From contig NW_020846810.1 of assembly GCF_003704095.1 (NCBI RefSeq), positions 310,001-374,000 of the forward strand: a DNA stretch of 64,000 nt, read 5' to 3'. Made by a program: the position numbers and the translations under genes. Below the pieces are notes generated by a model. That model was not told where the DNA came from, searched no databases, and was given only the letters and a program-made list of their open reading frames with translations. This document shows, piece after piece, positions 11,427 to 25,575 of the stretch (the first letter of the stretch is position 1; every line of letters begins with the position of its first letter). The stretch comes from Pocillopora damicornis. Its lineage: Eukaryota.

Positions 11427-14400
11427 TTCAGAAGGCTCTCAACGCACTTTTTTTAGTTGTAACTATCCTTCAAAGTACAGATATTTCACAGGAAGATGAG
11501 GAAAAAGTCAATATCGATATTTTCATTATATGTTTCGTGATAAATTTTTCTGTCAAAGGCATCAGTTTATGATGTTAAACAAATTTATGGAAAGTCCAGA
11601 TAATTATAGCGTCATTGTTCATAAATTGCCATTTGGCAGGTCGATAAACTTGCACTGATGGTGTACAATGGTGTAAAAAAGCCCCAGCAATGGTATATTT
11701 ATTGCCTTTAGTTAGTGAAATAACTGATACAAACTGAGTAGAACTCCACTCTCATGCAGCAGTCTTTTTGTATAATTTAAAGTCTGCCCTTGTACTTAAC
11801 TCGAGCGGTGACCTAAAGAGATTGCTCAGATCCAATGATCAGACAATAACCGCAGAGTTAACGTGTTCCTCACACAAGTTCTTCAAATGATACCTTTGAG
11901 AGCCACTTGGGCAGTAATTTCTGCTGTTGTGACGTTGCGCGAGGTAATTAAGAGTAATTGGATGTGATTCTTCATTTGAAAATTCCGTACTACTACTATA
12001 GAACGAGGTAATTCTCTGTTTGAAATAGTCCTTGTTACAAAAACATTTTTGAATTGGGCTTCGAGAAGTTGGATTCAAGCAAAAAATGTGAATCCAAAAG
12101 TCTGCTGGTAAAGAGATCCTGATACTTGTTTTAAAAATAATGATGGTCTAATTTGGAAAATTGTGCTCTATTGTCGTTTGAAAAAAAATCGTTTAACACA
12201 TAAAAGAAATGTCTACCAATTCAACCCGGGCGTTGATAATCGCGTGACCCTTCACTGCTTTTTCCTTCCTTTAATTAGGAAATGCAGATGAAAGACAATA
12301 TAGAAATTATTTCCCGCATATCGGTGTTGCTTCTGTAAGACAAAACTGGCCCAAATGGGGTTAATTTAGTGTCGTTTTGTTAAGCTTATATTTTTTTTTT
12401 AGAAGTAAAAGATTATTTCTATTAATTGTTGTTTACCGTGATGGTTGGCACAAAATCTCGCCGTTGAGCATGCTACTTACGCATTTATCAATCCTGGTAT
12501 TTATATTTATCCTTATTTCAGGCAATTGATCAAACAAACAAACACAGAATGCTCTAGTAACATTCTTGTTGCAAAATATACCGAATATTTTATGAATACG
12601 TTTCGTCGCGTGAATTCTTAATCAATATCATTATGATGTAAATTAAACGGAATATTGTACGTTGTCACATTGAATTTTGAAACATGCGAGCGTGGGAAGA
12701 AATTGGGCAAGTTTAACATTGCTGGCACAAAATTCTTGCTTGTTTCAAAACGTAGAGCGAAATGAACAAAAAATTAAAACCTGCCAACCACTCTTAAAGC
12801 AATACAGCACAAAATAATTTGCCTCATAACTGAAGATGGTGATGAAGATGTCCGATAACAACGACACAAGATATCTTTATAATCGATATTCGTTGTGACG
12901 TTCTAGATAATGCTGAAAAATCATACCTTCTGTGAAAATTCCTGCCCCTTTGCTTAGAGATTTTTCAGCAGAGCTCAGTTTGCGAGACACATGTTAAGTT
13001 TCTGAACATCACATTTGGGTGTTTTTTTTATCATCACCGCATGGTTTCAAAGTAATGAATATTGACGGTGGTGCTGATGTGTCATGATAGCAAAGCATCA
13101 TTGGTGCCGTGTGACGTCAAACAAATCACCCGCTGTCGTAAGATTTACTGATTCAGTTGACCGATCAAACTTCCGAGAAACGAACACGAGGGAAGACTGG
13201 GCACAAGTGAAGGCTGAATTGCTTTGCGCAAAAGTGCAAAGTGCAGATTAATTTTGTAAGCGGCCAAAAATCAGCCGCGAAGAGGGTAAACGAGAAAAAT
13301 GTGATCATTGATGATCAAACTTAAAGAAATAAGTTGATACTTTTAAGTTGCACACAAGATGAGCTGCAACTATCGAAGATATTGACGAATGTGCCGGTAT
13401 TTCTCTAACTGCACGGATTATCAAAAGAAATTTTGAAGTAAACGTCAAACATATACATGATGAAGTGACGTTAACATCCATCACGGAAAGCTAGTTTTTA
13501 AAGCACAAGTAACACATTGATGACTAAAAAAAAAAGAGAAAAAGAAAAAATATGTACAAATCCTAGCAAATAAATATAGCTAAGTCGCAAGCTTGAAAGC
13601 CTAAAATAAAATCGTTTATCACCACGTAACAGGATTTGATTAACTCTATCCGTCTTTCCGTCGGCCGCGGATGACTTCTCCAGTTTTTCACGCCATGCAG
13701 GAAACCCGTATTTTCTCACGGAAATAGTAAGATCCGGATTCTTAACAAAGTTGAACCGAATTAGTTTGTTGGTCTTTATTTTCCGCACTGAGAACCTTTC
13801 CTTCATTCTTTTCTTTTTTACTTCTCCGAAGCTTGTGAACAATTCAATTTGACTGAAAAATTCTTGACGATTTTTAGCATGATCCTAATTTTTTAATTTT
13901 TTTTTGTGAGAATATGACAATGTGATATTCACTGCAAAAACGTTACTGGCGTCATCAGTGCGTGATCAAAACAGGAATAAAAGCAATATATTTAAAAAAG
14001 TAATAAACTGCTTTTCAGTGAATTTTCTATATGTGTTTTAATATTTGTTTTCGATTTTATGGGGACTCATCTGGTATAACACCTTTGCTCGTTCTCTAGT
14101 CGGGCCAGATCAACCGAAAACGATGCAAAACCGATTTATTAAACTTTCAAACGCCGCTTTGGTCCCTTCACTCATCCTGTGAACATGCGGGATAGTGAAT
14201 ACCAAGGTCATCAAAAACAAACAGAAAACTTCATTTGAGACAATCCGTTTTTGTTTCACTCGTTGAGCGCTTTAATACCATTTGCATGGAAAGGCAAATA
14301 CGTAGAACTTAAACAGCAACCTGCTAATACGGAAAACACAAATCGCTGCTGAAGTTATTTGTTTAGGACCATAATTCTTAGGACATTGTAAAAATCATCA

Positions 14401-16494
14401 GAATGTGACACAAGAGAAGATGCAGCAAGACAATATCAAACTTGATCGAAGGAACGTAACGTTAAAAATTTGTTATTCTAATTCAATTGGACCAATTTCT
14501 ACTCTTACTTCAGCTAATTTAGCAGGTTTATTGAAGTTTAGCAACATATAGTGAGTTGATAGAAAATTACCTAATTTCGATGCTTCAAGAATATTAAACT
14601 TAAGTTACCGCTGAGAACCCAAACCAGAACTCTTATGACCGAGATACGACAGCTGAATTCTATAAACATGAAATTGTAATCAGTCAGTTAGTACAAAGAG
14701 ATCATTTTGTCGTGACATTTTGTGCCTTCTCGAATAAAATGACTTCTAAAAGGTTTTTGTTTGCAGCAATGTGTTTTCTACTAGGTGACAAAGACGTTTA
14801 TAATCCGGTCCTGCATGGGTAATGCAATTAGCTCTGACAAGCACAATAAGATTATGGTAAATAGTTTCAGTGTAGAGCTTACTAAGTTAAAGCCTTAGAG
14901 CTAATAAAGAAAGACACTATTCCTCTGTTAATATAAATGTCGACTGCGTTGAATAGACTTACCTTAAATACTCTCGAAGTAATTGTAGTCGCAGCGCGCA
15001 GACGTGACAATACTTGGTTCAAACGAATCCAAGATGTTATACAGAAGAGTTGAAACGAGCCCAATTTGTTAACCCACTCTGCTGGAATCAGCTAGGTATG
15101 TCTTCTTTAAAATACGCCGAGGGAGGAACTGTTACGGCTTACGTAAACTTCTTGTGTGCTATCGCTCCGTCGAGCCCTCACAGTGGAAAAAATGAGCAAA
15201 TCATATCAGCTCAGCTATTCCCAGAGCACAATATTTGTCCACAATTTGTTAAGGCTATATCGGACCCTCTGCCCATGATTTGCGCAAAGATCACCCGTAG
15301 CTGCAGAGCTAAAGAAGGTGTAGTCCAAAATACTTATATCCGCGCTGATTTTTATGAATAAAGTACTGAAGTTCTCAAGAGCTAATACAAGCATTCGATC
15401 TCACTTTGTGTGAACGATAGCCAAACAAACATGACGCCAATAACCGTAGGCGGAGCTCTATTATGCATTTTGCTAAGAAAACCTAAAATCCTTAAAGAAA
15501 ATTTAAAATGAACAAAGCCATAGCGAAAGTTTACATGTACCATTTTCGTTATTCCGTAAAAACAAACCAGCCAAAAAAGATATTCGCTGAACCTGTAGAG
15601 TTAAATAATCTTTCGACTATTTATCCATTGCCACGTTCTCAAAATTAAACAGCATTTAAAAACTTACAGTACATTACAAAGGTATGTAAAGGAAATGCAA
15701 ATATCTGATCTGATAAAATGGCCTGCGATTGTTATCAGAGAGTAACAAAGAACCACAAGACAAATGTTCAACTAATGTCTTCAGCGAGGAATAAAGAAAA
15801 ATTTCTGAATCCCCCGCGGGGATTACAACCTCCGTCAGTTCTATTTCCGGCGGTTGTAAACTTTGCCAAATGAATTACGGATAACTCTGAGCCATGTCCA
15901 AGATTCATCATGAGAGAGGGATCTTATTTACAAACTGCAAAAATCAGCAATGGTAAATGCTTCTTATGTCTAAATAGATTAAGAGTTTTTAACTTTCTTG
16001 AGAAATTCAAAAAACAGAAATGACAATGTAAGCACGATATCTTCCTTTCAAGTCATAGGCAACTCACTTGTGTATATATTATTGCACTTTGAGTTCAATT
16101 CAAAAGGATCACTGATAAACCTTCAGGTACACGCGTGAAAATGTAATACTCAAAGTTTACTAGAATTTACGATGGCCAAATAACATATTACGGTTGGAAA
16201 ATTCTATTTTAGATAGCAAAATCTTTATTTCGTCCCAGAGAAATTTTTTCTTAGCATACAAATGAACACTAAAGCTATATACTTGTCAAGGACTTTCCGG
16301 GAATAATTCCTTTTTAAAAAATTCTCATGACGAAACTACGACGAAATTCGTAGCGTAACTGAGTAAGCTCTCTGATTGCAAAATCCCAATTAAATTTACT
16401 GGAAAATATTTGGCTCAGTTTTACAGCTTACTGCGAAGTGAAACGAAAGCCATGCCCTGCTTCAACTCGATTTGAGAGGAAGGATTTTTTAGTA

Positions 16495-16688
16495 CTTTGA
16501 CCCCTACGAGAGATTAGCATTTAAAATTTCCTTACAATATCTCCCCCCCCCCCNNNNNNNNNNNNNNNNNNAGCTAAAGAAGCTCTTCATGATAGTTTGA
16601 CAAATTCTGATCAGCATCTTAGAAAATATGTTGAGAACTATATGGAGAATGTGTATACTGATCATGATGTTAGGATGTAAGGGGTTAA
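16495..16688. mobile_element. short non-autonomous TTAA-flanked (piggyBac-like) MITE, degenerate copy containing an 18-N gap
   Basis: Similar to the 17658-17863 copy (ggagaatgtgtatactgat...gttaggatgtaaggggttaa; aagaagctctt). Confidence 0.65.
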
Positions 16689-17334
16689 AGATCATGCATG
16701 CATGCATGCGCGGGCGCGTCTTTAACCCCTTACATCCATAGCGAGCACTCCACGACCTTCCCACAGTCTTTTTGGACTATGTAGTAATCCCTGGTAGTGT
16801 TAACAAAATTTGCTTCATCAGTGTTATAGTTATTCTGACAATGTATTATATCAAAAGGCGTCAATTGGAGAAAAATCAGTGATCATCTCCTGGTATACCA
16901 ATGCCTTTTTTAATTTTTTCATTCCCCTTTTTAGACTTCCAAATGAACGTTTTGTCCTCAGCATGTTGCGTTGTATCTCTTAACAATGCTCTCCCATCTC
17001 AGACATCTTATGTTTGCATGCATTTCGTCTCATTTATAATCAAATTTGCGAAACGTTATATCTGGGTAAGTTTTTAAGTTTGTAACTGATGTATCTCTTA
17101 AAGAAAAAAGTTTCTTTTTCGAGTTATTCGCATTAGAAGCAAGGGCTTTTACACAATGGACATGAGATACCATTCCTATGGTTATCTTTAGCCAATGTAA
17201 TCGATTATATCAACATGTCAAGCAAGGCTTAGGAATTTGTTCTATAACACCATCCTATATGAGATGATGCAGAGTAGTAATGGTGATTTAGAGAGGAGCT
17301 ACTTCCTCAAGGCGCCACTCGCCGCCATAAAGCC

Positions 17335-17564
17335 TAAAGCCAGCGATACACCTGGCGATTTTAAACGCCGATCGCGCGATCGCGGCGAACGGCGAAAATC
17401 GCCAGGTTTGCCGGTGCGGCGATTGCAATTTTCCCTGATCACCGCGATCAGAGTATAAAATCGCCGATATCTGAAATACCAGATATTTGCAATTTTATAC
17501 GCCGATTGTGACGATCAAAATCGCCGCGATCGGCTAATAAATCGCCAGGTGTGTCGCAGGTTTA
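17335..17564. mobile_element. MITE with ~28-bp TIRs and internal AAAATCGCC repeats
   Basis: taaagccagcgatacacctggcgatttt ... aaatcgccaggtgtgtcgcaggttta, with a CpG-rich interior. Confidence 0.8.
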
Positions 17565-17657
17565 AGAGGGCTGTGTAACGACGCTGACGTCACAAACGCT
17601 CCATTGCTTCGGTACATTCTTCTCCTGTGTAATGTTTAGCGGATACACACAAGATTC

Positions 17658-17863
17658 TTAACCTTTTGACTCCTAACATTGTCTAATTTCTTCTCACAAT
17701 ATCAACCACGAATCACACATAAAGGCCACGAGAAAAATGAAAATTATCATCAACCAAAGAAGCTCTTAGATTGTCAAAAAAAATCTCCTTTTCAGCACCT
17801 TAGGAAACATCTAGAGAAGAGTTGGGAGAATATGCATACTGATGCTAAAGTGTAAAGGGTTAA
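17658..17863. mobile_element. ~200-bp TTAA-flanked MITE (piggyBac-like ends)
   Basis: TTAAccttttgac ... gtaaagggTTAA termini. Related copies at ~16495-16688 and ~25949-26189, and a fragment at ~49115-49165. Confidence 0.75.
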
Positions 17864-20800
17864 ACGATCACCACACTTGTATCAAGAGGGAGGCGTTAAA
17901 ATAGTTTTAGAAACTTACAGAGGGACGCACTTTCTGCGATATTTCTCATTTGTGATTGACTGCAAGAGCATGTCGAACGTTACGCTTATGCGTGGAAAAT
18001 TGTTAAAAAAAAGCATTCCCAGTTTTATTTCTATCAGCTTTTCCGATTAACACTTTAAAGTATCTATATTTGTTGGACCCATTTAGAGATCACCTGTTCA
18101 TTTTTATGGAACTGAATATGAACATTATAGCGCTGAGTTCATATTTTGGATTAGGACCTGCGCATAAATTGTGAGTTATTCTTGACTGAGATAAATGAAA
18201 TGAAAGTACCATGAAAAAGTTAATTTTCATGTCTGTTTCCTTCGAAGGAGCTATAAAGAACGAGTGAATTAAAATATGACATTCTTTATTGTTTACATTT
18301 AACGGATGACTTGGTTTCAACTTGACAAGAGCACTTGATCTTGGCAGGGGAGCTTCAAAATTATTGGCCAGTCTGCCACCAAAACAGCATTTACCCCAAA
18401 GACACTAATTAGATTCAGCCAAGCGAAGTTGAATAGCGTGAGAACTATTTGAAGGCAACAAACCTGCTTTTCTTGAAGAGAGATGGTCACTTTTGGCAGC
18501 CACAACCCTCCAGAACCTGTGTAGAAGATAGCAGGATATTTTTGCCTACGATCACCAGTGAAACTCACAAACGAGGTATTCTTGGGTACTTCTAAACATC
18601 ATGATTCATCTTCTGTAGATATATTGTGTTCATCTCTTGGTGTCGTATTTCGAAACCGCAGAAAACGAATTCAACGCCTCATTGAATCGAAGTCTCACTA
18701 TCTGTGTTCAAGGACTTTGTGCTTAATTAAATGGCGAGCGAGATTTAGGAAACTTAAGGTTGAAAATTATGAACTCGTCCCCGATCACTGCTGGCCAAAA
18801 TTGACTAATCTACAGCTTTGAATAAACTTAGGTATGACTCCACGGAAAGGCGGTCGTGCAGCTGTTACATAATGAGCGCTTTTTTCATCTCTAAGCAATT
18901 TATTAGTAAGGTAAACAAAAACAAACCGTGAACCACTACAAAGGATCACGTTACTCAGTTTCCATCTTGCTCCATTTCGCAATTAAGATACAAGTACATT
19001 ATATTTAAGGGATATGATCTGTAGCTTCAGCGTACGAAACAAAAACACAATTTTTTTTTCTTTTCCAGCCTGGTTAAATTGACACTGACAAGTTGCAAAA
19101 TTTAAACCAAATAGAAAGCTCTAGAAAATACTGTTCATTTTTCAGGAAGAAGCCAGCTGGGCTAAGTAACAATCCAGTAATTTTTAATCTACTCGAAAGA
19201 AACAGGAAGTGATCAAGGTGGGTAACTACAACTAAAGTTTGATGACGTCAGATGGAAATCACTGGAGGCTATCTCTTTGATTTCTCTGTAACCAGCAACA
19301 TTTTAGTTGCATCCGTTTTGGACCACAAAACGTCATGGAGGGCCACATTTTGATCGTAATTGATGGAATCTCGCCAATTCTATTTAGGCTTCAGGTATAG
19401 TGCATGAAGTAAACATCTTTGTGCTAGTTCAGCTGTTTGATGATATCACAAAATTATGAAAAGCACGATGTTCCAACCATGACCGTAAAGTAAATTGTTG
19501 TATAAAATTTTAAAGTTCTCCCGAGACAATGACAGAGGTTCGAGTCAAATTTTGTTTACTTTCATTTATAGATGAACGTCCTTAGTAACGCCAAAAAGAA
19601 ATTGCTAGACAATTCCAAGTTCAGTCATATTCCACTTTTGCACGAACGTGATTAATAAGGTAATAAAATTCATCGTATTAAGATAAATTTTTTCATCCGT
19701 GTGATAAATAATAACATTTCATTAACTATCATCTGATAAGATTCGTGTTCCCCAATTTTTCCATTCGTCCATTTGATGTCCACAATCCTCCACAGAAAAC
19801 ACCAGGTATTTGATAATCATAATTAACAAACAAGCTGTAGGTTATTTAATTGCTCGTCTGGAAAATAAGTGGTAAAAAATAAATAAAATGCAGAAAAAAA
19901 TACAGCGATTACAGTGAGAAGGGATTCAAAGAAACAGTAGAAAAGAGATTTATAGTCCGAAACAATCTGTCTCCATTAAAGGGTTCCAGTCTTCTCGATA
20001 GAAAGAAGGATTTTTATTCTATCCAAGCATCATAGTTTATTTATCAAGTTGATTTGAAGCAGTCCCTATGTTTTATTCCATAACTTCTAGTAACCCTTGC
20101 CCTCTTGCGTGACTCCAAAAACAGTATCACACTAACAATCTCCATCCGCCATCATCGCTTTAGAATATATCTTGTGAATTTATAGCCTCCTAAAATCTTC
20201 AGCTCATTCAGTTTTGACTTCTGAGTAGGAAAGTATCAATTTGACTAAAAAAGATGACTGTGTTGTTTTGAACTTACAAAGGGAAACCAAACACATTTTG
20301 TGTGGACAGCCGGAGTGAAGGACACAGATTAGGCACACCAATTTAAAATTACGCTGAAAGTCAAAGAAGAGAGGAGTGAAAATAGAAATGACTTAGTAAT
20401 ACATAAAACATTTAACTTTGATTTAAAGGCTCCTTGAAGCCGCCCTGAATTTAAACATAAAAGCCGATTTTTAATCATCATTTTACTCTGTTCATTCTCT
20501 CAGAATGGATCGGCGGCAAATTTCCGACAGAAACGTGTGCGGTGGCGTTGGGACTACATATAGCAATAAATTATTTTTGGCTTTTCCCTTTCTTTTCTTT
20601 TCTATGACAACATCACCACAATTAGTTATATGGTAATTTTTGGAAAAACAAAGCAAATGATGAGATTTGTTTGAGCTTGTAGCTTTTGTTTCTAGAAAGC
20701 GCTCTTTTTTGGAACAATAGGAGACACGATTCTTTGTTGCTAAGATATTTTGAATACCGCTGCTAGGATAAAGGGGCCTGTAAAAGCTGATTGCATTAAG

Positions 20801-22560
20801 TCACTCTCCACCTTGAAGTCTGTGCGAATGCTTCGGTCAGTGCCTTTGGGAAAAAACAGAAATCAGAAATTCCGGATTGGCGAACGTGAAGTTATTAGAG
20901 GAGGTTTGGGCACACAGACAACGTCGTTGACAAAAGTGAGTCGAAACCTAGCAAAATTTAGCACTATTGTCGGTTTAATCATGATCTAAAAGCGTACATT
21001 GTAAATGAATCGAGGACCTGGTTGATTTGTCAAGTCTGCATTTATCATATTTATTACAGAAGAATCTCGAACATAAAACATAAAACTGCTAGAAAAAGAA
21101 TCGAAATATAGCTTGCGCTGCTGTAACGAAATCTTAACTTCTGCAAAAGAATAACATTTATTTACAGCCTGTTTGTGGCTTATTAATATTTCATGGCACT
21201 ACAGGCCTAAGTAGAATTTTTCTTGAATCACTTAATTATGTCACGAGTCAGAACTTTCAGTTCATGTGCACAAAATATTTTTTTTTATTTCTCACTCTTT
21301 GAAAAACATAAATTTGGCGAAGGTTTCTCCAGCCAACCCACTGACAGACTTGTTTTAACACGATTTAGCTGTATAAGCGAGTTATTTATACCCTGCAACC
21401 AGACTGGCAAATGAACCGAGCAGTGCAAATATTACTCTAAAACTGAAAGCAGTTCCGAATTTTTTATTAACTTCATGGAAAGCTTTCTGTAGGGAACGAT
21501 CTAGATATTGCGTTTTGACATTTTGAACATATATGCCGACACAAGATTTTTAATTTAGAATACTTAGTTCATAACTTGACGAAAGACTCGTGTTTTTTGT
21601 TTAAATTAGTTCTCTCCTTCTTAAGCATAAATTAAAGAAGAACTTGTCAGTAATAGACACCTGTCTTATCAAAAGATACCACGCTCAAATTTATTGCACC
21701 ATTAAATCGATTCTTCTTCTCCGGTTCCATCATCGACGTGAAACTGTAACACGCCAAAATTTCACAGCAAATCATCAGAAATTTTTACTGCAAATTACTT
21801 CGCGACTGAATCGTGGATCCTATTATTCATAACGTTTACCTGTTTTATTAAGGTGTGAGATTAGAAATTACAAACGTTTTAGCTGTGAACACTGTCCATG
21901 ATCCACTCACTATTTACCATTTCAAGTGTGAATTCGTAAGTTTACCTACGTCGAAAAAAATATCACCACTACTTACTTCTCACGAATTAGTGCAAGCCCG
22001 TGATAGTAGCCGATTTTGCCTTCTTAATTTGAATATTACCATTTCCTTATCTTAAACAGTATCGAGATGATGACCCACGCAAAGAAAGGCAACTTTCAAA
22101 GTGTGAAGACGAGAAAAAGCGAAAGAAAGTAATGGGATATTATTTTCTCTTGGTTAAAGATTTGTCAGAGTTGTTCGAAGTTTACATGAAATGAAAGAAA
22201 ATTACTCGTCTCAATATGGCGATTCATATGGAAAAATTTTTTTGTTTACCTGTTTATTTGGTGCAAGGAATGTTTTTGTGATAATTTTTATCTTAAAAGA
22301 GCCCGCAGCGGAAGTTAATGCACCGAGTTGACCATAAGGCAGATGGCCATAAAGGCGATCAGTATGCAAATCGTAATACAGTTCAAGTGAAAAGTGTTGT
22401 CCTTCCAAACTTCTGCTGCGTTTACCCTGCGTATACCCTAAATATAACGTAAAAAGTTTGGAACTCACAATTTACTTTGTAATTTTTAGATCTTTTGCTA
22501 TTTCTTGTCTCAATAACTTTATAATGTTTCTTTTACATATATCCTTTCGTATAGAGATAA

Positions 22561-25500
22561 ATGGAGCTCTGGTGGATTATTTTGGCTGGCTGTGGAGGAG
22601 GCCTTCTTCTTGTCGCTTATGTGGCAGTTGTCATGTACAAAATATGTCGTCGCAAGAAAAGGTGAGGAAGTACACTCAAATTTACAGTGTCGTTCACAAA
22701 ATTGCTAACTTTTGAAGTTAGGTGTTGTTGACTTCAGTACTTTCGTAAATTTATTATTAACTTTGAGTCTTATGTGTACCAATCTCGTTCATGAGGCACC
22801 AGAAATTTTTCTTTTCCTATATGTAATGTTTTATCGCCAGTTTCGCTGAGCTAAGTATATGAGGAAAACTGAATAACCAATTCAATTCGTGCAGTCAGCC
22901 GTCAATGGTACATTTTAGATTAAAACAACATTTAATAATCAGCCCTGCAAGTCACGCTTGTGATCATCAGACCAAAGTAGAGCTTTGATGAGAACTGATG
23001 GTTTGTTTTTGTGTGCATGAAACAGAGAATTTCACGGGAAGTCACAAATAGTGAAAAAAACTGTAGTACATTTTCTTTAGTGATGGAGAAAGTTATTCTT
23101 ACTGCTGAACCTAATTTAATTCTAAAAGCCCCTCGGCCAAAAAGGAATTCATCAAGTCAAAATTTATAGATAAACAGATTGCCGCTGGCAAATCTCCATG
23201 GCTTTCTGTGGCTACAGACATCCACGTTAGCTTATTTACGCGCGGATCACCAATAGTTAGCGTCAAATTTTTCTCGAAGCTTACTTTGTTCGTATTTAAT
23301 AGATAACTGACTTTTTAAAAAAAAAGGCATATCCTCCACTGTCAGTATTAATGCTAAGAAAATATTCTTTCTTGGCTTTTTATAAAACAGGTTCATTTAG
23401 TGCTTGACTATGGGATTGTATATCATACAGTAGTCTTACATAATCTTTTTTTGGCCGCATCGTTACAGGGTTCAGATGAACCAAGCGGGGGATCCTGAAC
23501 GCTTCACTGATGGTAAAGATTGGGTAACTCACGTCAATCCAAGCGTGGTCTCTGAGAGAACAGAAGACGGACTCTGTATGGACACTAAAAGAGGTTCTAC
23601 CAAAATTCGTCGCAAAGCTTCCACTGTGCTTATACCAAACACTTCTGTTAGCGAGATTCCAGGGACTTCAGACGCAGTTCTTCGATCCGTGCAAAGCGTT
23701 ACATCTCCGAAGGCTAACTCTGCAAATAAACAAAACGGATCTCGGCCGACGGTTGTCGAGAAGCAAGCATCCACTGGACAAAAGTCACCTTCTGATGAAA
23801 AAAGTAAGGCCGCACCTTCAAGTAACAGTCCTTGTCTGGTCCAAAGGTCTGAATACACATGGGAAACATTGTTACGCCAACCAAGCGATGTGAGAAAAAA
23901 CCGAAGCCAGTCATTTAACTGGGAAGTTTCGGAGCCAAGAAAACAAAACATGACTACTCGCTCCTTGAAACTAAAAAGAGGTGAAGAAGGAAGGCGATTT
24001 GTAAGAAGTAAATCCCTCAAAGGATACACACAGCGCGAGCTAGCCATTCTATCCACAGAGGAGATGCCTCCATCAACCGAACTAGTTCTTTCTGTAAAAC
24101 GCGGTGGCGAAAACAAGAAAGGGAAGAGCCCCCAAGAATCTGAGAAGGATCAAAGCACAGACGCTGATACACGGAAGAGAATGTCTGTCAAATCTATGAC
24201 TGCTGAGAAAAGCATAAAAATCAGCAGATCAGGATCTGCACCATCCATGACAGCTAAAGAGAAGGCAGTTAAAAATGTAGAGGCAATTATCAAACCTCGA
24301 ACGAAATCGTATACATGGATTCCAGAGCCAGACTACCAATCGGTTTCCATCGAAGAGATCGTTTTAGCAAATCGAGAAAAAAACAAAGTTAATCGCGAAG
24401 ATCAGGTGTGCATAGTGGAGATTCGCAACGAACCAAATGATTCAGATTCACACGTTAGCTTGTCTGCAGGAAACGAAGCCCAAATGATCGGTGCAGCGCA
24501 AGACGTGCCTAATGAAGAGCAATCGCATGAAGAACAAAACGACTTCAGCACTATAATTGATATCGTTGATATTGCGGTTTCCTCACCGTGCCCAGGTGTT
24601 GCCAGAAGAGTAACAACAGTTATGGATGATGACACCCCAAACACAAAGGAAACGGAGAAGACCAAGATTCTAATGGAAAGTAGCATAAAAAGAGAATTAT
24701 CTGTTAAAAACCAAGTTAAAAACTTGGAGGCTACGATTACCAGTGAACAGCCAGTTACTCACCATGACCAAACTTCAAAAACAGAAAGTAATAACGCAGA
24801 TGAAACGAATGTATCTTTTGGAACTGATATTAACAATAACGTCAAAACATTGTCCGGTTTTAATCAAAAGCCAAGTCCGAACAAAACGATAACAGTAGAG
24901 GCAACAGTCCACAATATCCCTAATGACCATCCTCCTTTCACAACCAAACCATCTGAGGTCAGATCGATTGGAAAATTGACTATCGTCAAAAATGTCGACG
25001 TGCCTTACTACCAGAAAACACAGGATTCGCGAAAGAGTATCGATAAAGCCTCCTCTATTGTTACAAGGCAATCATCTAATGCAATGTTGATTGGAAATGG
25101 GGGACTTTCAACGGGGAAAACCGATGAAATTCATAAAATTGAGACCTCGCCGATGCCTCCGCCTGTACCCTACTCAATACAACCACGGGCTTCTAGCCAA
25201 ACGCAGGACACCACCAAAATAACTATTTTATCGAAAGATAATCAGAAAAATAGCGACGCAGTCCCTCAGCTGACCTCGGCGGAGGTACTTCAAAGGGCGT
25301 TACAAAAATCTGTGAAAGGCAATGCAGTGAACTTACCGCTAACAACGACAACACCAACACCAACTAAAACGTCAACAACAGCAAAGGAGGTAGACACCGA
25401 GCTTACTTTAGAAGAAAAGAAGAAAGTGTGGAAGCGAGAACAAATAGTGGATCAGCTGCATGCCGCTCGGACAAGAAATGAAAACCAGAGCTACGTATTT

Positions 25501-25575
25501 GGCACAGGACTGGCTTACCAGTCTTGCATGCCTGAACTGCAGAACAGGCTTAAACAATTAACACTTACAAAATGA
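22561..25575 (+). CDS. uncharacterised single-pass membrane protein with long disordered S/T/K/E-rich tail, 2 coding exons, ~735 aa
   Basis: Exon 22561-22661 (acceptor cgtatag at 22554, donor GTGAGG) encodes MELWWIILAGCGGGLLLVAYVAVVMYKICRRKK, a TM helix plus basic stop-transfer. Phase-2 AG|G splice to exon 23469-25575 (acceptor gttacag), in frame with the 699-aa ORF. AATAAA at about 25657. Confidence 0.88.
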
